Assembly (NCBI RefSeq): GCF_004010195.1
Contig: NC_057718.1
Span: 27,525,088 to 27,589,087, forward strand
Source: Chiloscyllium plagiosum
Lineage: Eukaryota
Direction: 5' to 3'
DNA length: 64,000 nucleotides
Shown here: one piece after another, positions 12,921-25,453 of the stretch
How the letters are laid out: the number at the start of each line of letters is the position of its first letter
Position numbering within the stretch: the first letter of the stretch is position 1
Notes under the pieces: generated by a model
The model's input: the letters and a program-made list of their open reading frames with translations, nothing else
What the model was told of the DNA's origin: nothing
Databases searched by the model: none
Program-made: the position numbers and the translations under genes

Positions 12921-13138
12921 ATAACAGATTGATTGGAAAATATCTAGACTACAAGCACTTTGACCTCAGTGGGCTTTGCACACAAATTAATTAACATGGT
13001 GGGAAACACTGGTGATTTATTTGTAGTGGTTAATAGATGGAAAAAAAAACAGGGATAATTTGGTTTTGGGGGAGGAATAATCATTCAGTTGTGCTTAAGA
13101 GTGCTTCTGGATATAATAAAAAAAGACTATCAGCTTCT

Positions 13139-13262
13139 TGGAGGGTTCGTATGGTGTGGTGGTAGTGTTGCTACCTCTGGGCCAGGAGGCCTGGGTTCAA
13201 GTCACCCCTGCTCCAGGAGGCGTGTAAAAGCATCTGTGAACAGGTTAATTAGAAAATATCTG
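13139..13262 (+). mobile_element. Short tRNA-derived SINE
   Basis: tggtgtggtggtagtg...ctgggttcaagtc; homologous to 11742-11840. Confidence 0.65.
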
Positions 13263-14764
13263 GACCTCCAGCCATCAATGTCATGAGAGGTTATATCCAT
13301 GAGAGGTATATTTAAAATTAATGGCTGGAATTCTAGATTATGCACATGTGCGATTATTCACATTACCCAATACAATCAGGTTCTGTCTGGCAGAAACTTT
13401 ACCCTCTAACTGTACCTTGAATTACTTTAATCATTTTAGTCAAATTACTTCGTTTGGAAATTATTTCAAATAATTATCTTGTCTTGGAATAAAAGTATTT
13501 TCTACTGAAATTTAATTCTAACCAACTTGCACATCTATGGGTGTACAATTTACTCCCAGATGAGTTTGGTCTGGGTATTTATTCAGGAGGGAGGGTAGCA
13601 TGTAGGAATTTTGCTACTTTCTTATCCCCAGCCCAGTTGAGTCCATAGAATAAAGATGTGTGGATCCCCTCCTGGCTCAGAACCGTTATTCCAGCAGCTG
13701 GTGAGGGGCTTGCCACATGGTGAGGATAACAAACAAATTCCTTCTGGGTTACCTGTGGACACTCAGAGGAATTCTTCATCGAAGGGTGTTCCATATCCAA
13801 CTGAGGTACCTGGCATTCGGGAAGGGAGGAGTGTGCCACCGAGTATAACACCCTTCCCTCTATCCTTGCTGCCAATCTGAATTCCCAACAGTCCCACCAC
13901 TACTTCCACCATTGCTAACCTGTGCCCTGGGACTCAGTGACAATCTCAGGACTTAGTGGGTGCCCTGCTGGCAGGAAACAGCTGATGTCACTGCTACTTG
14001 ATACAGTTGCCAACATTTGATTGGCCAGCGGTTCCCAGGGGTGGGACTTCATCCGAAGGCCTTTGATCTCAGGGAAGGCTCACAACTGTTAAATAAATTG
14101 ACAATTCTTCCCCAAAAGTGGCAGTGTGTGGCTCTTGCCAACCCTTACTAGCAGGTGATGCCACCTTCACTTTCATTAAACCTGACCCATGAATTTTCTG
14201 ATGGATTTAAAGAAACATTTCATGTGTTAGATACTTCAAAAAAGTCCCAATTAATGGTATTCTCTCTCCAGAACTATATTTCCAATGTTCCAACACCCTC
14301 TCCTCCTGAAGAAATTCATTCTCTTCATATGTGAGATTGCCCTCTCAGTCTTAAATCAGTATAATATTATTACTTATTTATTGATTTAACAGTATATAGG
14401 AAAAAACTTAAATGCAGTGGATTAGAAGGGAGTAATTAATAGAGTTACAGATAATAAAACAATAAGAGGAGCAAGTGAGGTAATCACAAACTGTTCTTTA
14501 GTACAATAGCTTTGTGATGCCCACATTAAACTTAAATGATTCTGAAGTAATTGCTGCAGCATTATGAAGGTGAAATCCACATTTAGATGCAGGGAAACAA
14601 CAGGCAGTAATACTTTTTGTAATAACTAGTTGTATTTCCAAGGTTCAGAGAACTACAACCTCTTCAGCACAGTTTGACTGATTATCTATTGGCATTAGAT
14701 ACCTACTGACAATTTCAATGATATAAAATCATTCACTCACCCTCAAGATTTCAGGAATGGTGTT

Positions 14765-15215
14765 TGTCAGGGGAATTGAAATGTTGGGCCATGGGCGGTG
14801 GGGTTGATTGGTGTGGGTGTCCCAGAGATGTTCCCTAAAGCGCTCTGCGAGAAGGCATCCGGTTTCCCCAATGTAGAGGAGACCGCATTGGGAGCAACGG
14901 ATAAAATAAATGACATTGGTGGACGTGCAGGTGAAACTTTGATGGATGTGGAAGGCTCCTTTGGGGCCTTGAATGGAGGTGAGGGGGAAGGTATGGGCGG
15001 AGGTTTTGCCATTCCTGCAGTGGCAGGGGAAGATACCAGGAAGGGTGGGTAGTTGTTGGGGGCATGGACCTGACCAGGATTCATTCCTGATAAAGGGCTT
15101 GTGCCCAAAACATCGATTTTCCTGCTCCTCGGATGCTACCTGACCTGTTGTGCTTTTCCAGCATCGCTCTAATCTTGACTCTGATATCCAGCATCTGCAG
15201 TCTTCACTTTCGCCA
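14765..15215. mobile_element. Neptune-like PLE fragment: inverted GIY-YIG piece joined to a forward hammerhead plus tail
   Basis: Minus 14765-15078 is homologous to the GIY-YIG region of 59100-59640. Plus 15079-15215 begins attcattcctgataaagggcttgtgcccaaaacatc, a degenerate hammerhead. Confidence 0.85.
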
Positions 15216-15219
15216 AGTA

Positions 15220-15840
15220 TCAGCCGGACTCCACCCCAAACTCAGCTCACTTTCTGCTGAAACCTTCATCCCATACTTTTGTCCCCTCTAGATTTGATTT
15301 TGCCAAAGCACTTCCTTGCTGGCATTCTACATTCTACTGTCCAAAAACTGGGGTCATCTAGCACATGTCCTTACTCATACCAAATTCTGTTCGCCTTTCA
15401 CCCTATGCTTGCTGACCTACAATGACTTCCAATCGTGCAAAGCATGAATTTTTAAAATTTTCACCCTTGTTTTTAAAGTTCACCTGACCTCATCCCTTCA
15501 TATCTCCTTGGTCATCCCCAATCCCATAACCCTTTGAGATTTCTGTATTCCTGTAATTCCAGTCATTTGAGCATTCACAATATTATTGCTCAAAGATTGA
15601 TGGCTGAGCCTTCAGCTGTCAACCCAAACTCTAGGATTTCCTCCCTCAACCTCTACATCTCTCCATCTATTTTCTCCATTAGCATATTTGTTAAAATTTC
15701 TCTGTGGCTGAGCTTTTGGTTATCGGTTGGTCATGAGATCTCATTATGTGGCTTGGGTCCAATTATGCTCTGGAATGCTCCTGTGAGGTGCCTTGGTATG
15801 ATTATTGTATTAGAGGCACTGTATAAATGCAATTCGTTGC
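15220..15840 (+). mobile_element. L2-like LINE 3' remnant
   Basis: Similar to 44110-44620 and to the reverse complement of 45360-46070. Has an L2-type end aggcactgtataaatgcaa. Confidence 0.6.
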
Positions 15841-16099
15841 TGGTCATGACCCCTTTTTTTTCATCATTTTCAATTTTCTTCCCTCAACCCAGAAAAGGCT
15901 TTCAGATTGATCATTTGCAGAATTTACAAGTTTCCATTGAGGCACAATGTAAATAGAAACATGCCTGTTATTCAAAATGCACGACAAAATATTTTATAAG
16001 TAGTTGGTTCAGTGTTCCAGTGCAATGTATTTTCACCTTTGGGTATGAAAATGGTTGAAATAAGGTCTGTTTTCACTCAGTTTTGTTGCCCTATCTAAC

Positions 16100-16350
16100 A
16101 GTCATAGAGATATACAGCATGGGATCAGACCCTTTGGTCCAACTCATCCAGGCAGACAGATATCCTGACCTAATCTAGTCCCATTTGCCAGCACTTGGCC
16201 CATATTCCCCTAAACCCTTCCTATTCATATACCCATCCTGACATCTTTTAAATGTTGTAGTTGTACCAGCATCACTTACTCTGGCAGCTCATTCCATACA
16301 TGCACCACCCTTTGCATGAAAATGTTACCCCTTAGGTCTCTTTTAAATCT
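16100..16350 (-). mobile_element. CR1 3' end fragment
   Basis: RFKRDLRGNIFMQRVVHVWNELPE; tail tctctatgact. Confidence 0.85.
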
Positions 16351-16997
16351 TACCAAAGGTTGGCAGCTGTATTGAGTGTGATGTTCAGATGATGATAAGT
16401 GAACTGAAACAGCTTTGGTCAAGTATGTCAGGATCCAAGGGCTGAGGCCATAACACAAACCTGAGATTGCTGGCGTGAGTAAAGGCAATATTACTCTGAT
16501 ACAGTAACAACTGCTCTTCTTGGGCTATATTTAAATGATTGAAGAGAATATTGGAGCCCTTTAGGGTCAATTTTATCAATGTGCATTACTGCAGGAAGTA
16601 TGGCCTGCCAGCCTTGTGTGTTTTAAGAGTTCACTGCAGCATTTCCTACAACTTTCCATGAAGCATCTGTAAGTTTATACCCTTTACAATTACCTCCTAC
16701 AGTCTATGCTCCATTTGATCTGTTAGTACTTAGTGCAGATTCTGGATCAAAACACTTTGAACTCACAATATTGATATATCTAAATCCTGTAACTGCCACA
16801 ACAAGGACTAAAAAAAGGCACCTGAACATTACCTATATAAAGTGTTTATTTGTGACGGTTATTGTTTGCTATCAGTAAAGAGACTTTTAATTTTATTGCT
16901 TGAGAGAAACAGCAAACTGCCTTTTCTGGTCTTTAAAGCAATAGTTTGGTGAACAGGGCAGCTGATCAGTTCACTGTCTCATCATTCTAAAACTATT

Positions 16998-17190
16998 ACC
17001 AAAAGAGAAAATGCTGGAAAATCTCAGGTCTGGCAGCATCTGTAAGGAGAGGAAAGAGGTGATGTTTCGAGTCTAACTGACTCGAAACGTCAGCTCTTTC
17101 CTCTCCTTACAGATGCTGACAGACCTGCTGAGATTTTCCAGCATTTTCTCTTTTGGTTTCAGATTCCAGCATCCGCAGTAGTTTGCTTTT
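16998..17190. mobile_element. Palindromic PLE-derived mini-element with a 14-bp TSD
   Basis: Arms of about 80 bp (16998-17157) around gagtc-taact-gactc, then a tail at 17158-17190. TSD attctaaaactatt at 16984-16997 and 17191-17204. Confidence 0.9.
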
Positions 17191-17951
17191 ATTCTAAAAC
17201 TATTGTTGTTTCACCAGTTTGCAAGTTGTGTCCTTCCAGCCACTTAGTCTGCCTTTTTAAGGTCTACGTAAAAAGAATACTGGTGAGAAACTAAACCATG
17301 CAGTCTATGTAGTGCTTGATAAGGACTTGGGACTTTTACAGGAAATTAAAAAGATGAACTTTAAACCCTGGATTGCACAAAGAGCAGAATTTGATATAAA
17401 ATATATTAACAACAACAGAAAAAAGTACACAGAATTGTTAGTGTTTCGAAGGTATATTGAGAAGATTGACCAAGTTTAAAAGATATTTTTAATTATTTGG
17501 AAGGCTAAATGGGACAATACGTACTTTTGTGGAAACATGAAGCAAGCTTAAAGATAAAGCAGCTGTGGTGCTCAGCATTGAAAGTCTGTCATAAACATCA
17601 GATGCTGTTTCTGCAGAATCAGCTGTTTGAACCATAGCAATAGGAGACTGGACAGCTGGCTTTTGCATAAACCAGAGGGGTAAAAGCAGCCATTTTAAGA
17701 CTGCTCCAGGACATAGCTTAGAAGGATATCAAGAATGTGAGTGAAGAATTAACCCATCAGTCTCCCAATGTGGTGGAAACTTCAAACATCCTGAGCTTTG
17801 AGCTGTACTTAAGGTTTTAAGCATATTCAGCTAACTTATGGTCCTAAAGAAAAAAGAGAATTTTAAAATTACCCAATGTCAAGTTAATGTACTGATCTGT
17901 GTGATGTTAACAATTGCTATGGTTCTGTTCGCCAAGCTGGAAGTTTTTGTT

Positions 17952-17991
17952 GCAAACGTTTCGTCCCCTGTCTAGGTGACATCCTCAGTAC
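17952..17991 (-). ncRNA. Minimal type-I hammerhead ribozyme motif (Poseidon-like family)
   Basis: gua CUGAGGA U gucaccu-agac-aggggac GAAA CGUU ugc: intact core, stem II with one mismatch, palindromic AACGUU helix III and a 3-bp helix I. Confidence 0.75.
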
Positions 17992-18168
17992 TTGGGAGCC
18001 TCCTGTGAAGCGCTTCTGTGGTGTTTCCTCCGGCATTTATAGTGGCCTGTCCCTGCCGCTTCCGGTTGTCAGTTTCAGCTGTCCGCTGTAGTGGCCGGTA
18101 TATTGGGTCCAGGTCTATGTGTTTGTTGATGGAGTTTGTGGATACAACCAGATATACGAACAAATCAA

Positions 18169-19085
18169 NNNNNNNNNNNNNNNNNNNNNNNNNNNNNNNN
18201 NNNNNNNNNNNNNNNNNNNNNNNNNNNNNNNNNNNNNNNNNNNNNNNNNNNNNNNNNNNNNNNNNNNNNNNNNNNNNNNNNNNNNNNNNNNNNNNNNNNN
18301 NNNNNNNNNNNNNNNNNNNNNNNNNNNNNNNNNNNNNNNNNNNNNNNNNNNNNNNNNNNNNNNNNNNNNNNNNNNNNNNNNNNNNNNNNNNNNNNNNNNN
18401 NNNNNNNNNNNNNNNNNNNNNNNNNNNNNNNNNNNNNNNNNNNNNNNNNNNNNNNNNNNNNNNNNNNNNNNNNNNNNNNNNNNNNNNNNNNNNNNNNNNN
18501 NNNNNNNNNNNNNNNNNNNNNNNNNNNNNNNNNNNNNNNNNNNNNNNNNNNNNNNNNNNNNNNNNNNNNNNNNNNNNNNNNNNNNNNNNNNNNNNNNNNN
18601 NNNNNNNNNNNNNNNNNNNNNNNNNNNNNNNNNNNNNNNNNNNNNNNNNNNNNNNNNNNNNNNNNNNNNNNNNNNNNNNNNNNNNNNNNNNNNNNNNNNN
18701 NNNNNNNNNNNNNNNNNNNNNNNNNNNNNNNNNNNNNNNNNNNNNNNNNNNNNNNNNNNNNNNNNNNNNNNNNNNNNNNNNNNNNNNNNNNNNNNNNNNN
18801 NNNNNNNNNNNNNNNNNNNNNNNNNNNNNNNNNNNNNNNNNNNNNNNNNNNNNNNNNNNNNNNNNNNNNNNNNNNNNNNNNNNNNNNNNNNNNNNNNNNN
18901 NNNNNNNNNNNNNNNNNNNNNNNNNNNNNNNNNNNNNNNNNNNNNNNNNNNNNNNNNNNNNNNNNNNNNNNNNNNNNNNNNNNNNNNNNNNNNNNNNNNN
19001 NNNNNNNNNNNNNNNNNNNNNNNNNNNNNNNNNNNNNNNNNNNNNNNNNNNNNNNNNNNNNNNNNNNNNNNNNNNNNNNNNNNNN
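18169..19085. other. Assembly gap (917 N)
   Basis: Run of n. A second gap of 18 N lies at 36997-37014. Confidence 1.
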
Positions 19086-20644
19086 GCTTCCGTTTGTCAG
19101 TTTCAGCTGTCCGCTGTAGTGGCTGGTATATTGGGTCCAGGTCGATGTGTTTGTTGATGGAGTTTGTGGATGAGTGCCATGCTTCTAGGAATTCCCTGGC
19201 TGTTCTTTGTTTGTTGGTATCTGCAAGTAGTTGTTGTGCTTTTTGGATGTGCTCTGCTTTGTCCAGGATAACCGTCATTTTGCCTTTGTCTGCTGGTAGT
19301 ATGATTATGTTCTTATCGTTTCTTAGTGATTTTAGTGTTTCCCTCTCCTTGGTGTTGAGGTTATGTGTTTGTCTTTTCCTTATTATCATGGGTACGACGT
19401 TTGTCTCACTGTTTGTTGTGTCTCTTCTGTCAGTCCATTGTTCCTGAGTGTGCCTTCTAGTGCTGCTAGGAAGTCTGCTGTCTTGGCGTCCCTGTGGTTG
19501 TAGTTGAGTCCCTTGGCCAGTATTGTTCTTTCCGTATCTGTGAGCTGTCTGTGGGAGAGGTTTTTAACCCAGGTGTGTGTTGTGGTGTCCTCTTTGTTGT
19601 GTGTTAGTTTGGCCATTTTTTCTTCTAGTGCCGTTTTTTTGCGGTGTGTAGTCCTGTTCTGTCCTATGGTGACAGCCCGTTCTATGGTCTGGGTCCATTC
19701 CTGATTCGTGGTTTTTGAAATTAACGACTTTTGGCGCGCAATTTCATATCTGTATCTGTGAAGTTGGTTGTGCGCGTCTGTAATCATTACCTGGATCATC
19801 CTGAGTCCGTTCTGTCTGGCTGTGTCTCTGGCTTGTGGATTGTTGACTGGTGGTCTGTATCTGACACTTGATGGCAGGATTCGATTCTTTCGGCATTCAT
19901 GCAGGAACCGGAGTTGTTCGTATGTGGTGCTTAGGCGGTTAGCGCAGGATTCCCATTTCCTGGCTTGTCGTAGCATCTCTCGCCCGTAGGTATTCAAATC
20001 TTCTCACAAACTTTGATGTTAACAATTTTCAGCCATGGAGGGAATGGGGTTGGGAGGGGAGGGGTGTCTTCCATTTCACTTTAGCATCTAGCATCCCACA
20101 ATGGGATGGAAAGAATCAGACAGGGTCCCTCCTTTGATCACTAGCTACCAATCTGTCATGGAAAATATTTGTGTGGAAGTTCATTGATCTTGGTTTGCTG
20201 CCACTGATCATCCAGACTCGTTTGTGAAAACTGACAATATGAAAGGCCATTGGCGTTGTGAAATCATCAACACATGTCAATGTCTTTCAGACAGCAGAAA
20301 GGAAACAATCTCTTCAGTGCCTTGTAGATGAATCTTATCTTTTTTGACTACATCCAAGTTGTTTTGAGTTTCTTGGAGGGTTTTCAAAGTGAGATGTTTT
20401 CTGCCCTAATTTACTAAACTCGCCACATTAATTACAAACCCAGCACTAACGGCATCTCTCACATCTAATTTCTGCCCTATCTTACCACATAACATTTCCA
20501 AATTAACTTAGCACTCAGTGGAAATCTGCCAAAGCATCAGCATCCCTGCCATCTTTAAAAGGGTGCTACACACCCAGATGAACACTGGCAATCTGAAGCT
20601 GCCCTGTTCTACAGGGAGGTTTGTACATGTTATCGGAGAAAAAG

Positions 20645-21200
20645 AAGATGGCATAATGATTCTTTGACAGGGATCTGGAGGCACCAATGAAGAAGTGTCC
20701 TCTTCCCAGAGGACAGCCAGAAGATACTGCACCACCAGCACTGACCAGGTGTCAGGGCCAGCAGTGCAGAAACAGCAATACCTTACCTGCTATGTAAGGT
20801 ATTGGTGCATGGTGCATTCTTCTCTCTGCTACATCACACTCACTCTCTATCTGTCACTGCTCCCTCCAAGGCTCATGCTCTGCCACTCCCACTATTGCCT
20901 ACAGTATCTTCCCTCACCTTCTCTCCTCCTTCACTTCCATACCATTAATCCTGCTTTGCCCTGTACATTGCCTCCTTGGTCTTCATTTGGTATATTATCT
21001 TGCCCCATTTGTTTCAACACTGACAGCTATGCAACTCACTGTAATTTCATTCAGTCGCTCCCTTTTTCTCATTACAAGAGAAGACAGCCCGCAAAAGGGC
21101 AGAGAGAGCTTATACAGTTGAGAGGTGTCTGACACCCATGCCTTCACCCCTTTTAGACTCCTGGCCCTTGCAGAACCACGGGACTGCTCCTGTGGAGATA
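20645..21200 (+). pseudogene. Decayed Myb/SANT-like DNA-binding gene, probably from a PIF/Harbinger transposon
   Basis: Remnants A**FFDRDLEA (20651-20683), VLFPEDSQK and QCR, then an intron-like pyrimidine-rich stretch, then EKTARKRAERAYT (about 21077). These resemble the APRF..DLE.L / VLFP / QC.K / K.AH.R.E...TGGG pattern of Harbinger Myb/SANT proteins. Confidence 0.5.
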
Positions 21201-21804
21201 GTGAGACATCCATGACCCATCAAATGAGTATCACTTTGCATGCCGCCACCACCAGTCTCCCATTAACACCATTGTGATTTGAATCCCTGACCGTAATAGC
21301 TTCTCTCTCTTCTGTCTTGGATGCCCCATAATCCTTCTGAAGACTCTATGACATTTGTGAAGAGGTGGTTGGCTGTGGACCTCTCAGTACAAAAGTACTA
21401 AGGCCTCAAGAGGAAACATCAGCAAGGCTGTCTCCTGCACCACCCACCAGCCCTGACAGACACTTTTGGGGGAAATCATCGAAGTACAGTGTGTGGGAGT
21501 ACAATGTGGTGAGCACCTCACAGTGGCAATTCCACAGCTGGCTGAGGAAGAAATGACAGCCCAGTCCACTGGCACTCAGAGGGCTGCTAGAGACCAGACC
21601 GCTGTTTGGGCCCAGGCAGGCGATGACCCTGTGATGTGTGCAATCAGGGACTGTATCTAAACATACAGTATGATTCAGCAGTGACTGCCACACATACATT
21701 GGCCTTCATTACCCAGACGCTGCATCCATGCAGCAAATCCTGCAATTGTTGGGCTGCCTCCATCAACAGGTCCAGCACCTTCAGAGACTGCTGGAGAGGC
21801 ATAC

Positions 21805-22610
21805 TGGTCACTTTATTGTGCACCCCCTAATAGTCAGTGGGAAATTTGTAAGGAGATCTCAGTTATCTGTAAGAATAATAGGGTGGTTATGGTAGGGGAT
21901 TTTAACTTTCCAAACATAGACTGGGACTGCCATAGTGTTAAAGGTTTAGATGGACAGGAATTTCTTAAGTGCGTACAAGACAATTTTCTGATTCAGTATG
22001 TGGATGTACCTACAAGAGAAGGTGCAAAACTTGACCTACTCTTGGGAACTCAGGCAGGGCAGGTGACTGAGGTGTCAGTGGGGGAGCACTTTGGGGCCAG
22101 CGACCATAATTCTATTAGTTTTAAAATAGTGATGGAAGAGGACAGACCAGATCTAAAAGTTGAAGTTCTAAATTGGAGGAAGGCTAATTTTGACAGTATC
22201 AGGATCACTTTATTCCTGTTAGGGTGAAGAAAGGCTGGTAGATGTTGGAAATACTGGGTGACTAAAGAAATTGAGGGTTTGATTAAGAAAAAGAAGGAAG
22301 CATATGTCAGATATAGACAGGATGGATCGAGTGAATCCTTAGAAGAGTAAAAAGGCAGTAGGAGTATACTTAAGAGGGAAATCAGGAGGGCAAAAGGGGG
22401 ACATGATATAGCTTGAGCAAATAGAGTTAAGGAGAATCCAAAGAGTTTTTAAAAATACATTAAGGACAAAAGGGTAACTAGGGAGAGAATAGGGCCCCTC
22501 AAAAATCAGCAAGTTGGCCTTTGTGTGGAGCCGCAGGAGATGGGGGAGATATAAACGAGTATTTTGCATCAGTGTTTACTCTGGAAAAGGGCATGGAAGG
22601 AAATAGATGG
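21805..22610 (+). mobile_element. CR1 ORF2 apurinic-endonuclease fragment
   Basis: VGDFNFPNIDW...PTREGAKLDLLLG...SDHN. Confidence 0.9.
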
Positions 22611-22890
22611 TCAGGTGCCCCATCCTCAAGAAGACAGGGCAACACTGAGAGGCACACAGCCAGAGGTGGAAACACACACAAACCCTCTGTCCACTCAGGA
22701 CACTGCAGAGGTGGCTGCCCACTCTCCTCCAAATGGTTTAGGTTAAGGAGAATCAACGTGTGTCTGGGAAGAAAACCATCAGCGTAGCTTTGGCCTGTCT
22801 AAATACAAGCACCACAGGCTCTTCCCATGAAGCCTCAGGACCAACTATCTTCCCAGCAGAGCTGGCTTTCTCACCCCAGCCCACCCCAGC

Positions 22891-23197
22891 TGGGCGGCAC
22901 GGTGGTTAGCACTGCTGCCTCACAGTGCCAGAGACCCGGGTTCAATTCCCGACTCAGGCGACTGACTGTGTGGAGTTTGCATGTTCTCCCCGTGTCTGCG
23001 TGGGTTTCCTCCGGGTGCTCCGGTTTCCTCCCACAGTCCAAAGATGTGCAGGTTAGGTGAATTGGCCATGCTAAATTGCCCGTAGTGTTAGATAAAGGGG
23101 TAAATGTGGGGGTATGGGTGGGTTGCGCTTTGGCGGGTCGGTGTGGACTTGTTGGGCCGAAGGGCCTGTTTCCACACTAAGTAATCTAATCTAATCT
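22891..23197 (+). mobile_element. HE1-type SINE
   Basis: Near-identical to 2097-2420. Confidence 0.92.
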
Positions 23198-23455
23198 ACA
23201 GAACCAGGGAGTGCACTGAGATTTTATGGGAGGGAGAGAGAGAAAAACATGCTCAGGACACTTTGGTAGCACCGGATATGGAATTTCTCATCAGCCGGTA
23301 TCTGGCTACCCATGAGGCTCAATGGATGGAGAGCCCACTGCACTAACTACAAGCAGGGGGAGCAAAGCATACACATGGCATTGGGTCCTGGTAACATCTT
23401 GGTACTTTCTTGTTCAAATGCCTAATGTTTATCTTCTTCTGTGCTCAAAGATCTA

Positions 23456-23775
23456 GTTTAGATTAGATTAGATTAGATTCCCCATAGTGTGGGAACAGTC
23501 CCTTCGGCCCAACCAGTCCACACAGACCCTCTGAAGAGCAACCCACCCAGAACCACTTCCCCCCAACCAATGCACCTAACACTATGGGCAATTTAACATG
23601 GCCAATTCACCTAACCTGCACATCTTTGGACTTTGGGAGGAAACCAGAGCATCCAGAGGAAACCCAGGCAGACACGGGGAGAACGTGCAAACTCCACACA
23701 GACAGTCACCCGAAGCTGGAATCAAACCTGGGACCCTAGTGCTGTGAGGCAGCAGTGCTAACCACTGAACCACCT
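23456..23775 (-). mobile_element. HE1-type SINE
   Basis: (ttaga)n tail on the plus strand and V-domain on the minus strand. Confidence 0.9.
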
Positions 23776-25307
23776 TGTCAGAGTTGTCCAGCAGTGGCTG
23801 TGCCAAGGACATGTGACAGAGAGGGTCAATGCTATGCAGTGGCTTGGGAGAAGGCAGCCTGGGAACTGTACATAACATTGCATGGGGCCTGTGACCAATC
23901 TCCCTTTAAAAAACGCTATGAACAGCAAGTTCTGCAGCCCCCTAAGCTGCGAACAGATGCAGCAGGTGTGAGGTTAATATAGCACACTACCACACAGCAA
24001 GATGTACACCCCCTAAGGACTAAAGACTGCTTGGTACCAAGGCAAGTTGCCTATTTGTGTGACTGGCATCATTAGGCAAAACATGACAGGGATGATACAA
24101 GCCTGCTGTTAGGTGCTAAATGACGAGTGCTAAGATAGCAACTGGCTCTCCCTGTATTGTCACCTAGTCTAGTCTGTGTTTCTGCTGCAGACTATCAATG
24201 TTGGTTGCTTGTGTGCCCTACAATGCAAGTTTGTGCTTTCAGAGTGCAATGCCAATGCATAATTGAAGTATCAGGATGGGCATGATTGGTCAGCAAATAG
24301 CAAATGTCAATTCCTAGGAAACAGGGATGTGTTCTGATAATGCCCATTGATTATGACCAGGGCTATCCTTTGGCTACAGTCAGCTGTTGGATTAAGTGGC
24401 AGGTTGACCTTCCACATATGCACTCTGGTTTCCATATCGAGTTCTCCCAGCATCAAGTTTGATTGGTGAGTTTGGTAAGATAGGAGTCTGCATATTATTG
24501 AGGTGAGTTGTGATGTTAACAAAGATGTTTAACAAAATACAGGGAGTGTCAAGTGCCTAGCAAGAATCTGGCCACATCACTTGAGAAAAATATAAAAGAT
24601 GGCATGTGATGATTTTGATTTCAAGATGGCCCTCATCATAATTGTTGCCAATTGTGCCATACATCTTGCCATAGCCCACATCACTCAGGGCTCTGGAAGA
24701 TTCTGTCTTTAGTGTACATTATATATTCTCCGCTACAACTTGAAGACATATGTAAGAGATATAGAACAAATGCTGAGAAGCAGCACTTCAAGAAAAGTTT
24801 ACATTGCTGTTTTGGTGGACCACAGGGTGGTTTACTTTTTATCATGGGCTGCAATATATGCGCATTTAAATTATTTCTCCTTTTGAATTATAAACAAAAT
24901 TCCCACTTGCTTGTTTAAAATGTTTTTGGAAGAGCCTTATTCAGTTTAGTCTCAAGATGAAGTGTAATATATCTGGAGTCAGAGCACAATAGAAAGCTAC
25001 CATTGAAACATCAATGATTGGTGCAAACTGAAGAGAAGCGTAGTTTGGGAAAAGAGAAGTAGGGAAGAGTGAGGCAGATAGAAAAGCAAACCCAGGCAGA
25101 CAAATATAGGCTTGCAAAACAGTGAGGAAACAACAATTAGAAAAACAGGCAAACAAAGAGAGAACAAAGCAAGAGATTAAGCAATGAGAGTAACCGCAAC
25201 AAGAGAGCCAAAGACAAATGGAACAAGTACTGAGTTGAACTTTGGGCATTTTTATTACACCTTATGATTATATTTTGATTTCCATGAGGATAGGTTTTAT
25301 ATACGAG

Positions 25308-25453
25308 TGAAGAAGGGCTTATGCCTGAAGATTCCTAAAGAAGGGCTTATGCCCGAAACGTCGATTCTCCTGCTCCTTGGATGCTGCCTGACCTTCCAGC
25401 AACACATTTTTCAGCTCTGATCTCCAGCATCTGCAGTCCTCACTTTCTCCTAG
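25308..25453 (+). mobile_element. Short PLE 3' end with a duplicated hammerhead segment
   Basis: tgaagaagggcttatgcctgaa followed by cctaaagaagggcttatgcccgaaacgtc. TSD tttatata(c/t)gagtg at 25296-25309 and 25454-25467. Confidence 0.82.

Larger units (their letters stand above)
17916..20013 (-). mobile_element. Penelope/Poseidon-like PLE composite insertion spanning an assembly gap
   Basis: PLE N-terminal motifs WVKNLS...LAKGLNY and IIILPADKGKMTVILDK; C-terminus AREFLEAWHS...INKHIDLDPIY. TSD tgatgttaacaatt at 17902-17915 and 20014-20027. Confidence 0.9.

Noticed and set aside
13530..14190. GC-richer blocks (also about 8830-9410 and 5560-6110) that may be decayed DNA transposons
   Set aside because: I could not identify convincing terminal inverted repeats, TSDs or coding remnants.
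18018..19447. Long ORFs (327-442 aa) in the track
   Set aside because: Artefacts of translating the N gap.
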